Made by a program: the position numbers and the translations under genes. The notes under the pieces were generated by a model. The model did no database searches. It was not told the origin of the DNA and saw only the letters and a list, made by a program, of their open reading frames with translations. A DNA stretch of 64,000 bases. Origin: Fidelibacterota bacterium. GTDB lineage: Bacteria > Fidelibacterota > Marinisomatia > Marinisomatales > TCS55. The DNA is taken from assembly GCA_029936965.1 (NCBI GenBank), contig JAPYRG010000003.1:31417-95416 (forward strand). Direction: 5' to 3'. Positions 1-8,744 of this stretch are shown here, one piece after another (the stretch's first letter is position 1; each line of letters begins with the position of its first letter).

Positions 1-208
1 TAGCTACTCCACTATAACCTCTTTTCTTTCCAGAATGCCAATACGTATGATATCCATGATCCGTAAGAATTTCTGAAGTTAGTTGCTCCACATGCGCCTT
101 GGTTTCTTGCAAACAAACAATATCAGGCTTTTCTTGTTCAAGCCAATCCAAAAACCCTTTTTTTACTACGGCTCTCACGCCGTTTACATTCCAAGATATA
201 ATTCTCAT
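1..208 (-). CDS. xth: Exodeoxyribonuclease III, N-terminal 69 aa (3' part runs off the window)
   Basis: My own minus-strand translation from the ATG at 208-206 gives MRIISWNVNGVRAVVKKGFLDWLEQEKPDIVCLQETKAHVEQL... WNVNG and CLQETK are hallmark N-terminal motifs of ExoIII/APE1 EEP nucleases. The gene is absent from the ORF track because the window edge truncates it. Confidence 0.85.
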   Translation of the reverse strand, partial: MRIISWNVNGVRAVVKKGFLDWLEQEKPDIVCLQETKAHVEQLTSEILTDHGYHTYWHSGKKRGYSGVA

Positions 209-262
209 AAAGACATTTAATTTATGTTAGTAAAAAATACATTATTACTAATAATTAAAATT

Positions 263-1156
263 TTATGGTATCATGATCATGGAGTGACGATCGATTGCAA
301 TAGATCCAAATACCCCAATACCGCCATCAATACCAAAACTTCGGCCGGAGCTACCTGATCCAAAGGCACTTGTGAATTCCGCATCGCCATATCGTATAAA
401 ATAATCATAATAATTATTGTCCATACTCATCAAACTAAAAAATAATAAACCTTCATCCCATGAAGATTCATAAGCTTCTGGATCGCACCATTCTCTTCGA
501 TATATTCCAGAACTTTCTTCTGGAGAAATAATAAATTCTTGATTTATACCACAAATATATTCATAGCCGTATTCTCCCCCAAGATGTCCTGAATTTATTA
601 ACTGATAATTATCGTTCATAGGTTGCCAGCTCACTTCCATTTCCCGATAGATTTGAAACGTGTCTGGTAGATCTTCAGTAAAAATCTCTGGAGTCGGTGG
701 TATTGTTGTTTGTCCAGTAACTTCAAATCCACCTGGTGCTGTTACATGTAAAGTCCATATTTCCCCTTGTTGGGGATTCAGATCATTTCCATTATACAAA
801 TATACTTCTTGAAAAACTTCATTTTGATTAACATCAAAACTAAAATCTTTATACTCAAAAATATATTCGTCGACTCCATTTTTTACGACCACTTCTGCAT
901 TTCGTACAATAAATTGAGAAGTATAATAAATATAAATATTGCCCCCAATTGTATCTCTAATCAACGAATCACTTGCTTCCTCCATATCCAATGTGCGCTG
1001 AACTCTTACGAAACTAGTTATCAGTGAATCCGCAGATATAAGACCAATGATGTTTAATGTTGATTCATGATCGGAAGTAACATCTTCCCATTCCAAATCA
1101 GGTGGTAAAATGGTACATGAAATGAAAAATATGCTAATGATATATATATATATCAT
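263..1156 (-). CDS. DUF4249-like lipoprotein, partner of the upstream TonB-dependent receptor
   Basis: The protein has an N-terminal signal peptide with lipobox FISC. The C-terminal GIDGGIGVFGS motif is typical of DUF4249. The start overlaps the stop of the receptor gene by 1 nt. Confidence 0.55.
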   Translation of the reverse strand: MIYIYIISIFFISCTILPPDLEWEDVTSDHESTLNIIGLISADSLITSFVRVQRTLDMEEASDSLIRDTIGGNIYIYYTSQFIVRNAEVVVKNGVDEYIFEYKDFSFDVNQNEVFQEVYLYNGNDLNPQQGEIWTLHVTAPGGFEVTGQTTIPPTPEIFTEDLPDTFQIYREMEVSWQPMNDNYQLINSGHLGGEYGYEYICGINQEFIISPEESSGIYRREWCDPEAYESSWDEGLLFFSLMSMDNNYYDYFIRYGDAEFTSAFGSGSSGRSFGIDGGIGVFGSIAIDRHSMIMIP

Positions 1157-3591
1157 TAGAGTTCTATCCTATAACCTACAGTAAAAAAGAATGGAAACAT
1201 TGGTACTGCAGCCCGCTCTAAACCCAATGTTTCTCCTGTTAATCGATTCTCTTTAGCTCTGTATTGATACGAAAGTGGGTTTACATGGTTAGTAACATTA
1301 ATTAACTGAAGATATCGTTCATAGGGAACGCCAAATAGTGATTTCTTCTGCTTGAGACCTAAATCTAATCGAAAATACATAGGGAGACGATCCGCATTTT
1401 TTCTCCCAACTAATAACTGTTCATTTTGATACCATTCATCTTTAAATGCATCATGATATACCTCCCAATGATTATATCTACCAATTGGAGGTGTAAATGG
1501 TTGTCCACTTGATACTTGTACAGCATAATTAAAGTGTAAATCTTTAATAAAAGGCAAGGTAACATCACCAACAATATTTAATGTATGCGTCCGATCATAT
1601 TTAGGATAATACCAGCCATGTTTTTGAATATGTTTCATGGTCTTTGCATAAGTATATCCAACCCAACCCCGCGATCGTCCTGCAATCTTCTTGAATAATA
1701 GTTCTAAGCCATAAGCGAAAGCTTTGGTGTCAAAGAATTCATTGAAAGGAGTTGTACTAACTTGATCATTGCCTTCCGTGACTTGCTCTCCTTGATTCAG
1801 GGTAATCAAATTCTCAAAGTGTTTATAATATGTTTCTGTACGAAATAGCCAATTGTTCTCTGATAAATACTCTATTCCTAAAATAGTATGATCCGCCCAT
1901 GGAGCAGCACGGTCACCAGGTATCCCTAACCAATAATCAATAAGACGTAAGGTTTCATCCTCCGGATTTGCAATTGTAAGAAATTGATGAAATCTACCTA
2001 CAGATAATTTTAACGATAAATCCTTCTGTAATAAATATTTTAGTCCGAAACGAGGGTCAAAATAGATTTGATCATGGAGAGAATATTTCATCATCCTTCC
2101 ACCAATCTGCAAGGCAATATTACTTGCTACATCCCATTTATCCTGAATAAATAATGAAGTTTCAATAGTTTGCTGTTTCATTTCTAATGGCTTTGCATAA
2201 AACGTTGTATCCAGGTTTTCATATTCAAATTCCATTCCTAAATCATAATCGACCTGTTTTAACTGAAATCCACCCATGATTTGATGATTGTCAATACCAT
2301 GCCATGAAATTTCGGTTTCCAATGTTTGATCTTCAACTATATCATAAAAATCAAAACTCCATCGATCCAAATAACTACCTGATTCATTTCCTACAGACCA
2401 CGTACCTTCATTTTTATTATCCATATCAAAATGAAATCGGTATCTACTAGTTGCAAAAAAAGTTCGTGCCACTAATTGTGGGCTAATAAGCCACCGCCAT
2501 GTCAAACTGTTTGTATGATTTCCCCAGGGCCAATTAATTCCAAATGTATTTGTCGACTTTTCGTAATAATCGGAAAGAATATCATAATCTTCATATACTG
2601 TAGGGCGAAAACTAATATCTAGCACATCATCTCCATAAAAACGACTATAGGTCAAGCGATGATCCTGATTCACATCAATATTTACTTTTAATTGATAGTC
2701 ATAAAAAAAATACGGGAATTTGAAACCACTCTCAGCGCATTCTTCTCCACACATAGCATTGAAAAAGGTATCAAAATAAGTACGACGTCCGGCAATCATC
2801 CAAGAGCCTTTCAGCCCTTTAAATTTTGGTAGTGGTCCTTCCATTAAAAGCTTACTTGAGATAAGAGAAATATTTGCATGACCTTCAAATTTCTCCGTAT
2901 TTCCTTCCCGATTAATTACGTTTAGTATGGCACCCATACGACCGCCATAACGGGCAGGAAATCCACCAGCATGGAAATCTGCTTCCTTGATTGCATCTGT
3001 GTTAAACGTGGAAAAGATACCACCCAAATGATACGGATTATATACGGTGATGCCATCCAGCATGATTAAATTTTGATCTGGAGTACTTCCACGAACATAT
3101 AGTGCGCTAGAAAAATCATTGATGGTCTGGACTCCTGGCAATAGTTGCACTGTACGAAACAAATCCGGTTCAATAAATGCCGGGGTAGATTCGAGAGTAC
3201 GTAAATCAATACTTATCCTACTTGGTTCTACAAGCGCTCTCATCTTTTGCGCCTCCCCAAATACATCTACTACGTCACCTTCCAAAACCGTTTGCTGCAA
3301 CCGAAAATCTAACCGAAGATTTTGATCAGATTTTAGATCAAATTTCTGAGTGACCATTGCAAAACCAATAATAGAAACAACAATTTCTCCAGAGTCTGCT
3401 GGTATTTGGGTCAAAACAAAATAACCATCAAGATTAGTTATCCCACCTTTATTTGTATCTTTAATAAACACATTTGCGTATGATAAAGGTTCGCCTGTTG
3501 CTTCATCGCGAACAAAACCGCTGATCGTTCCAAAATCCTGTGCTTGAAGTGCAAAAATAAAAATTAGAGTTATATAATTGAATATCTTCAT
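1156..3591 (-). CDS. TonB-dependent receptor with N-terminal carboxypeptidase-regulatory-like domain
   Basis: 811 aa. Signal peptide, then a CarboxypepD_reg-like segment (GTISGFVRDEATGEPLSYANVFI). A plug region follows (LPGVQ..., ALYVRGSTPDQNLIMLDGITVYNP). The long beta-barrel ends in an aromatic-rich terminal strand. Confidence 0.9.
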   Translation of the reverse strand: MKIFNYITLIFIFALQAQDFGTISGFVRDEATGEPLSYANVFIKDTNKGGITNLDGYFVLTQIPADSGEIVVSIIGFAMVTQKFDLKSDQNLRLDFRLQQTVLEGDVVDVFGEAQKMRALVEPSRISIDLRTLESTPAFIEPDLFRTVQLLPGVQTINDFSSALYVRGSTPDQNLIMLDGITVYNPYHLGGIFSTFNTDAIKEADFHAGGFPARYGGRMGAILNVINREGNTEKFEGHANISLISSKLLMEGPLPKFKGLKGSWMIAGRRTYFDTFFNAMCGEECAESGFKFPYFFYDYQLKVNIDVNQDHRLTYSRFYGDDVLDISFRPTVYEDYDILSDYYEKSTNTFGINWPWGNHTNSLTWRWLISPQLVARTFFATSRYRFHFDMDNKNEGTWSVGNESGSYLDRWSFDFYDIVEDQTLETEISWHGIDNHQIMGGFQLKQVDYDLGMEFEYENLDTTFYAKPLEMKQQTIETSLFIQDKWDVASNIALQIGGRMMKYSLHDQIYFDPRFGLKYLLQKDLSLKLSVGRFHQFLTIANPEDETLRLIDYWLGIPGDRAAPWADHTILGIEYLSENNWLFRTETYYKHFENLITLNQGEQVTEGNDQVSTTPFNEFFDTKAFAYGLELLFKKIAGRSRGWVGYTYAKTMKHIQKHGWYYPKYDRTHTLNIVGDVTLPFIKDLHFNYAVQVSSGQPFTPPIGRYNHWEVYHDAFKDEWYQNEQLLVGRKNADRLPMYFRLDLGLKQKKSLFGVPYERYLQLINVTNHVNPLSYQYRAKENRLTGETLGLERAAVPMFPFFFTVGYRIEL

Positions 3592-3664
3592 CTCATTCGT
3601 TGAGAATAATAAGCAATTTATTTAGATAATCGTAATATGGATAATTAATTTTGCATTAATCAGA

Positions 3665-5116
3665 ATGAATAAAAATATTAAAATATTATTCTATGCAATT
3701 AGTATAGCTCTCATTATCCTGCGGTTACTATTCATAGGAAATACTCTTCTTATTGATGATGAAGCATATTATGCCATGTATGCCCGTCACCTCAGCTGGG
3801 GCTATATTGATCATGGGCCTGTGATAGGATATTTAATCTATCTATTTACAATTTTTGGGGAAAACAGCTTTACTGTGCGACTGACTGCTCTCACATTGTT
3901 AATAATTCTATCTGTTGTCCTTTATTATTTTGGGAAAGAACATTTTAATAATAATACTGGGATAATCATGTCACTGGGAATTTCAGCTAATATGTTATTT
4001 CATACTAATTCAGTTGTGGTAACTCCAGACGTACCATTAGCCTTTTTTACAATTATGGCAATTCTATATTATTATAAGGCCTACTTTATTCATGAAAATT
4101 ATTTTTACATTGGAGGAACCTTCTTAGGCCTTGCAATCTTATCAAAAGTATCTGCGTTATTTCCTGCCATTGGAATTATTTTGTTTCCATTCATTAATTC
4201 TGCTAAACGACACATTATATTTGAATTACGATTCTATGGATCTTTGCTTATTGCATTGATATTATTTATGCCATTTATAATTTGGAATCTTCAAAATGAT
4301 TTGGCTTTCGTTCGATATCAGGGAGGTCATATCACGGAAGGTGGTAGCTGGTCAGACTTTGCTGGTTTATGGGTAGGGTTGTTTGTAACTGCTGGGCCCA
4401 TTTTATTCTATTATAGCGTAGTAAAACCGTTTTTATTAATAAAAAATATGAAATCCATTAAAATAGAAATTCAATATTTTGTTATTGTAACTATTGTGCC
4501 ATTATGTTACTTCCTTTTTCACTCTTTCTTTTCCCGTATGGAAGTGAATTGGGCTGCCCCAATTTTTTCTGGAGGTTTGTTTCTATTTGGTATTTGCTTG
4601 GGTAAAGACTGGCCTTTATTTCGTAAGCGTTTTGCTTTTCAAATAGCTTTTTCACTTTTTCTTATTTTATTAGTTACAATACAAACATTTTTTCCAATAT
4701 TGCCTGTAAAAGGAAAAACAGATGTAACGAATCGATATCATATTTACAATATTATGAATAACCAACTAGAAGATTATTTGAATAACAACCCGGAGTTAAA
4801 AAATAACAGATTTCTTGCTGAAAATTATCAAATACCATCGATGATTAATTTCTACCTTAATCCAGATCTTGAAGCAACAACCTTATCTATTAATTATCAT
4901 TCAACACTATATTCATTTATCTACAATGATAACAATTTTATAGGGAAAGATTTTTTATTTCTAAAAAGAGGAAAAAATTTTCCAGATAATTACATACCAT
5001 ATTTTGAGAATATTCATTTATTAGAAACACTTTACTCCAAACGTGATGGAAAAGATATCGCAACCTATAGCCTTTGGCATGTAATTAATTATAAAGGAAA
5101 AGGCTTTTATAAATAA
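3665..5116 (+). CDS. Glycosyltransferase family 39 (ArnT/PMT-like) integral membrane protein
   Basis: 483 aa and polytopic. The first loop carries the DEAYYAMYARHLSWGYIDHGP motif typical of ArnT-like lipid-carrier-dependent glycosyltransferases. Confidence 0.7.
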   Translation: MNKNIKILFYAISIALIILRLLFIGNTLLIDDEAYYAMYARHLSWGYIDHGPVIGYLIYLFTIFGENSFTVRLTALTLLIILSVVLYYFGKEHFNNNTGIIMSLGISANMLFHTNSVVVTPDVPLAFFTIMAILYYYKAYFIHENYFYIGGTFLGLAILSKVSALFPAIGIILFPFINSAKRHIIFELRFYGSLLIALILFMPFIIWNLQNDLAFVRYQGGHITEGGSWSDFAGLWVGLFVTAGPILFYYSVVKPFLLIKNMKSIKIEIQYFVIVTIVPLCYFLFHSFFSRMEVNWAAPIFSGGLFLFGICLGKDWPLFRKRFAFQIAFSLFLILLVTIQTFFPILPVKGKTDVTNRYHIYNIMNNQLEDYLNNNPELKNNRFLAENYQIPSMINFYLNPDLEATTLSINYHSTLYSFIYNDNNFIGKDFLFLKRGKNFPDNYIPYFENIHLLETLYSKRDGKDIATYSLWHVINYKGKGFYK

Positions 5117-5184
5117 TACCATAAATTGTTTATTTATAATTATCTACTCTTTAATTTTGTAGTTCATTAATTCAATACGAAACC

Positions 5185-5439
5185 ATGGAAATAAGTAAAA
5201 TATCAGAATTGATCTCATCTGAGTTAAATAATGCTCACGTAGAAGTAACGGACACTACTGGAGGAGGAGATCGCTTTAGCGCTACCGTTGCTAGTAATGA
5301 TTTTCAAGGATTATCTTTAGTTGATCAACATCAATTAGTTTATAAGACATTAGGAAATTATTTGACAAATGAAATTCACGCTTTACAATTAAAAACAATA
5401 ACAAGGTCTGAATGGGAAAAAAATAAATTGGAGGAATAA
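5185..5439 (+). CDS. BolA family protein
   Basis: 84 aa with a BolA-like pattern (GGGDRFSATVASNDFQGLSLVDQHQLVY...EIHALQLKT). It lies directly upstream of a CGFS glutaredoxin, the classic BolA-Grx pairing. Confidence 0.85.
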   Translation: MEISKISELISSELNNAHVEVTDTTGGGDRFSATVASNDFQGLSLVDQHQLVYKTLGNYLTNEIHALQLKTITRSEWEKNKLEE

Positions 5440-5441
5440 AT

Positions 5442-5759
5442 ATGGATTTAAAAGAACAAATAATAGAGGATATTGACAACAATTCTATCATACTTTTTAT
5501 GAAAGGAACGAAAGAAATGCCAATGTGCGGTTTTTCTAATTCGGTTGTTCAAGTATTAAATCATTATGGCGTAGAGTATAAAGATGTAAATATTCTTACT
5601 GATCCAATGATTCGTGTCAAATTATCTGAACACTCAGGTTGGCCAACTATTCCTCAATTGTTTGTAAAAGGAAAATTAATTGGTGGCGCAGATATAACCA
5701 TAGAATTACATAATAATGGTGAATTATTAGATATGTTTGATGTATCAAAAGAAGACTAA
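5442..5759 (+). CDS. grxD: Monothiol (CGFS) glutaredoxin, Grx4 family
   Basis: 105 aa with a PMCGFS active site and a WPTIPQLFVKGKLIGG motif. Confidence 0.9.
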   Translation: MDLKEQIIEDIDNNSIILFMKGTKEMPMCGFSNSVVQVLNHYGVEYKDVNILTDPMIRVKLSEHSGWPTIPQLFVKGKLIGGADITIELHNNGELLDMFDVSKED

Positions 5760-5838
5760 TAAGAATGATAAACCAATTGACCAATACGGACTGAATCAAT
5801 AAATTTCCCTCCGATTTTTATTAAATATTAAATGTATT

Positions 5839-5910
5839 GGCCCGTTCGTCTAGTGGTTAGGACTCCAGGTTTTCATCCTGGCAACAGGAGTTCGATTCTC
5901 CTACGGGCTA
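5839..5910 (+). tRNA. tRNA-Glu (anticodon UUC)
   Basis: I folded the cloverleaf by hand. Acceptor GGCCCGT/ACGGGCT, D arm GTC-TAGTGGTT-AGGAC, anticodon stem CCAGG/CCTGG with loop TTTTCAT, T arm AGGAG-TTCGATT-CTCCT. It is colinear with E. coli tRNA-Glu. No CCA is encoded. Confidence 0.85.
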
Positions 5911-5915
5911 CAGAT

Positions 5916-5947
5916 AAGGCTCGACTTTTGTCGGGCCTTATTGCTTT
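5916..5947 (+). terminator. Rho-independent terminator after tRNA-Glu
   Basis: A 10-bp stem AAGGCTCGAC / GTCGGGCCTT (one G-T pair) with a TTTT loop, followed by the T-rich ATTGCTTTGT. Confidence 0.55.
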
Positions 5948-5959
5948 GTAAATTATATT

Positions 5960-6397
5960 ATGCAGTTTCCCTTACACCCTGCAGTTGTTCATTTTCCCAT
6001 TGCGCTTATTACGGCCGCACTCATATTTCACACTTTACATTTATGTAGACCTGAATGGATAAATGGATCTATAGGATTATGGCTTTTAGGATTATCAACA
6101 ATTTTTTCTATTGTAGCGGTTTTATCTGGTCAAAAGGAAATACAAAAAGCAGGAGAATTAGGATATCCAACAGAAACACTTATTCTAATTGAGCGACACC
6201 AAACAATTGGGAATATTGTTGTATGGGGTTCAATATTACTTTTTATTGGTTGGTTATTTTTATATCTAAAGAATCAAGTTAATAATAAAATTAATCATCT
6301 TGCCTTTGCTTTTTTATTGCTATTATTTGTTATAGTTATAATTTCTGGATATACCGGTGGGCATTTAGTATATATTCATGGTGTTGGGACGCCATAG
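5960..6397 (+). CDS. DUF2231 family membrane protein
   Basis: 145 aa with four predicted TM helices. The N-terminal PLHPAVVHFPIAL motif is characteristic of DUF2231. Confidence 0.6.
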   Translation: MQFPLHPAVVHFPIALITAALIFHTLHLCRPEWINGSIGLWLLGLSTIFSIVAVLSGQKEIQKAGELGYPTETLILIERHQTIGNIVVWGSILLFIGWLFLYLKNQVNNKINHLAFAFLLLLFVIVIISGYTGGHLVYIHGVGTP

Positions 6398-6402
6398 GAT
6401 AA

Positions 6403-6921
6403 TTAATTTTTTTCTGTATTAAAATCTCGTAAAATATCATTTCCATGATCTAAAACAGAAACCTGATCATATATTTTTACTATTTTTCCAGATTCGTCAA
6501 TTAAAAATGTTTTTCTTACAGGGAAAAAGACGCCTTTCGTTCCATACAATTGTGAAACTGATTTATCTGAATCCGATAGTAAGTTAAAGGGTAGTTTATA
6601 TTTTTGAATAAATTGTTGATGTGTCTCCGAGTTATCATAACTAATACCGAATACTTTGATATCTTGGTTAGTAAAATCATCATAAGAATCACGAATAGAA
6701 CATGCTTCCTTTGTACACCCAGGAGTATCATCTTTTGGATAAAAATAGATAACCACTTTTTTCCCTTTATATAATGATAAGGTGTGCGGTCTGCTATGTT
6801 GATCAAACAATGTAAAATCTGGAGCAAACTGACCTTCATTAAGATGAACTTCATCACTAAAAAGATTACAGCTGATCATTATTATTGATAGAATGAATAT
6901 CTTTGAAATCAGTCTAGACAT
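6403..6921 (-). CDS. bcp: Thioredoxin-dependent peroxiredoxin (Bcp type), exported/lipoprotein form
   Basis: 172 aa. YFYPKDDTPGCTKEAC contains both the peroxidatic and resolving Cys. The N-terminal signal peptide has a lipobox-like MISC. Confidence 0.85.
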   Translation of the reverse strand: MSRLISKIFILSIIMISCNLFSDEVHLNEGQFAPDFTLFDQHSRPHTLSLYKGKKVVIYFYPKDDTPGCTKEACSIRDSYDDFTNQDIKVFGISYDNSETHQQFIQKYKLPFNLLSDSDKSVSQLYGTKGVFFPVRKTFLIDESGKIVKIYDQVSVLDHGNDILRDFNTEKN

Positions 6922-6986
6922 AAAAAAAATTACACTATATTATTGTTCATATTAAATGAAAACATTTTTAAGATGAAAATTATTTT

Positions 6987-8162
6987 TCATTTAATATTAA
7001 CATATTCTATAGAATCAATTGCCTCTTTCATTAAATCATCTATTTTAAGATTATTTTCTTCCTGATCTAGATACTGTTTTTTTGCATTAGTTGCTGGGTG
7101 TTTTGGTACAAATAATGAACAACAATCTTGATCAGGTAATATTGAAATATCATATGTCCCATATTGTTTTGCTAAATCCATGATCTCCTGTTTATCAAGT
7201 CCAATCAGAGGCCGTAATATTGGAATAGTGCTTACGGACTCAATGGCAGCAATATTCCCTAAAGTTTGAGAAGCAACTTGCCCTAAAGATTCCCCGGTAA
7301 TTAGAGCCTTTGCTTTGTCTTTTTTCGCAATCATTTCAGCTATTCGTATCATAAACCTTCGATATAGAAGTATGCGAAACTTTTCTTTTGTCTTTACTAA
7401 TATTTCTTTTTGGATTGGAGCTAATGCTACAAGATACAGATGAATTCTAGATTGATATCGTCTTAAAACTTCAGTTAATTGTTTTACCTTTTCGATAGAA
7501 TCTTCAGTTGTCATTGGCACAGAATGGAAATGTACTAGAATCACTGAGGCACCACGTTTCATTGCCATAATAGTGGCTACTGGTGAATCGATACCAGCAG
7601 ATAATAGCCCTACCACCTTTCCATTCGCTCCTGTAGGCAACCCTCCTGGTCCAATAATCTTCTTTGTATATAAATAAGAAACGCCCTGAACAATATCTAT
7701 AAAACATGTTATATCTGGATCATTCAATTTAACAGTCTTATTTATTTTACTTAAAACAAATGCTCCCACATCTTCGTTCACTTGTTGTGCTGTAAGAAGA
7801 AATCTATGATCGGGTCTTCTAGCTTTAATCTTAAATGTTTCAAATTGATTTTCATTTAAAATTGATAATGACTCCTCTCTAATTAACTTTATATCCTGTG
7901 AAACTGTTTTTGCAAAAGCAAAATAGGCGACTCCAAACGTATCCGATAAAGCTCTAGTTATATTTTCTTTATTCTTAGAAATATCTTTTTTTAGTTCGAC
8001 TAAAATACGTCCATGAATCCTCTTAATATCAAATTCTTCTTTTGAAATAACTGTCAATAATGAGGCTTTAATATTTTGTTTTAACCAATTTTCAAAGAAT
8101 CGTCTGTTACCTATTTTGAGGCCAACCTCTGCATAATGGCATAGTATTGTATCAAATTTCAT
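6987..8162 (-). CDS. thiI: tRNA 4-thiouridine(8) synthase ThiI (no rhodanese domain)
   Basis: N-terminal ferredoxin-like/THUMP region (EVGLKIGNRRFFE) and a PP-loop (LLSAGIDSPVA). The ORF track starts at a TTG (8192). I prefer the ATG at 8162 (MKFDTIL...), which matches typical ThiI N-termini. Confidence 0.9.
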   Translation of the reverse strand: MKFDTILCHYAEVGLKIGNRRFFENWLKQNIKASLLTVISKEEFDIKRIHGRILVELKKDISKNKENITRALSDTFGVAYFAFAKTVSQDIKLIREESLSILNENQFETFKIKARRPDHRFLLTAQQVNEDVGAFVLSKINKTVKLNDPDITCFIDIVQGVSYLYTKKIIGPGGLPTGANGKVVGLLSAGIDSPVATIMAMKRGASVILVHFHSVPMTTEDSIEKVKQLTEVLRRYQSRIHLYLVALAPIQKEILVKTKEKFRILLYRRFMIRIAEMIAKKDKAKALITGESLGQVASQTLGNIAAIESVSTIPILRPLIGLDKQEIMDLAKQYGTYDISILPDQDCCSLFVPKHPATNAKKQYLDQEENNLKIDDLMKEAIDSIEYVNIK

Positions 8163-8294
8163 ATCGTAATATATTATTTTTTTATTTATCAACTAATCTC
8201 ATTACTGATTTATGTTATCTAATTTTGATAATGGTTTTTAACATTGTGTTGAGGATCAAAAAATATTATTATTTATATTCTGGGTCTCGTATTG

Positions 8295-8735
8295 ATGAAA
8301 AAAACGTTTGATATAGATAAAATTAATAATTTTAATTCCAAAACTATGGTTGGCCATATTGGTATTGAAATCTTAGAAGCCAATAATGAATATGTACGTG
8401 GTCGTATGCCTGTAGATAAAAGAACAATTCAACCTTATGGGCTACTTCATGGTGGTGCGTCTGTTGCATTTGCAGAATCTCTAGGAAGCTATGCTGGGAG
8501 TTTGCATGTCAATTGGGAAAAAGAAGCTGTAGTAGGTATTGAAATAAATGCCAATCATTTAAAGAGTGTTCGGTCTGGATATGTTTTTGGGAAAGCTACT
8601 CCAATAAAGATTGGTAAGAAAATACATGTCTGGAATATTGAAATTACTAATGAAAATGAAGATTTGATTTGTATTAGTCGATTAACATTGGCTATTATAA
8701 ATTACGAAAAAGTTGTGCAATCAAATAAAAAATAA
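8295..8735 (+). CDS. PaaI/YdiI-type hotdog-fold thioesterase, candidate 1,4-dihydroxy-2-naphthoyl-CoA hydrolase
   Basis: The GLLHGGASVAFAESLGS motif belongs to the PaaI/4HBT class II family. The gene lies directly upstream of a MenA-type prenyltransferase. The ATG at 8295 is preferred over the TTG at 8292. Confidence 0.7.
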   Translation: MKKTFDIDKINNFNSKTMVGHIGIEILEANNEYVRGRMPVDKRTIQPYGLLHGGASVAFAESLGSYAGSLHVNWEKEAVVGIEINANHLKSVRSGYVFGKATPIKIGKKIHVWNIEITNENEDLICISRLTLAIINYEKVVQSNKK

Positions 8736-8744
8736 GGATCCGCT

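Noticed and set aside
5760-5838. tRNA genes (5839..5910, 15186..15258) as integration hotspots flanked by a mobile or genomic island
   Set aside because: No integrase, direct repeat of a tRNA 3' end, or compositional shift was seen. The flanking genes are housekeeping or typical core functions.
6516-6857. 113-aa same-strand alternative-frame ORF inside the bcp gene
   Set aside because: The Bcp frame carries the full catalytic signature. The alternative frame gives a motif-free sequence and is most likely a chance open frame.
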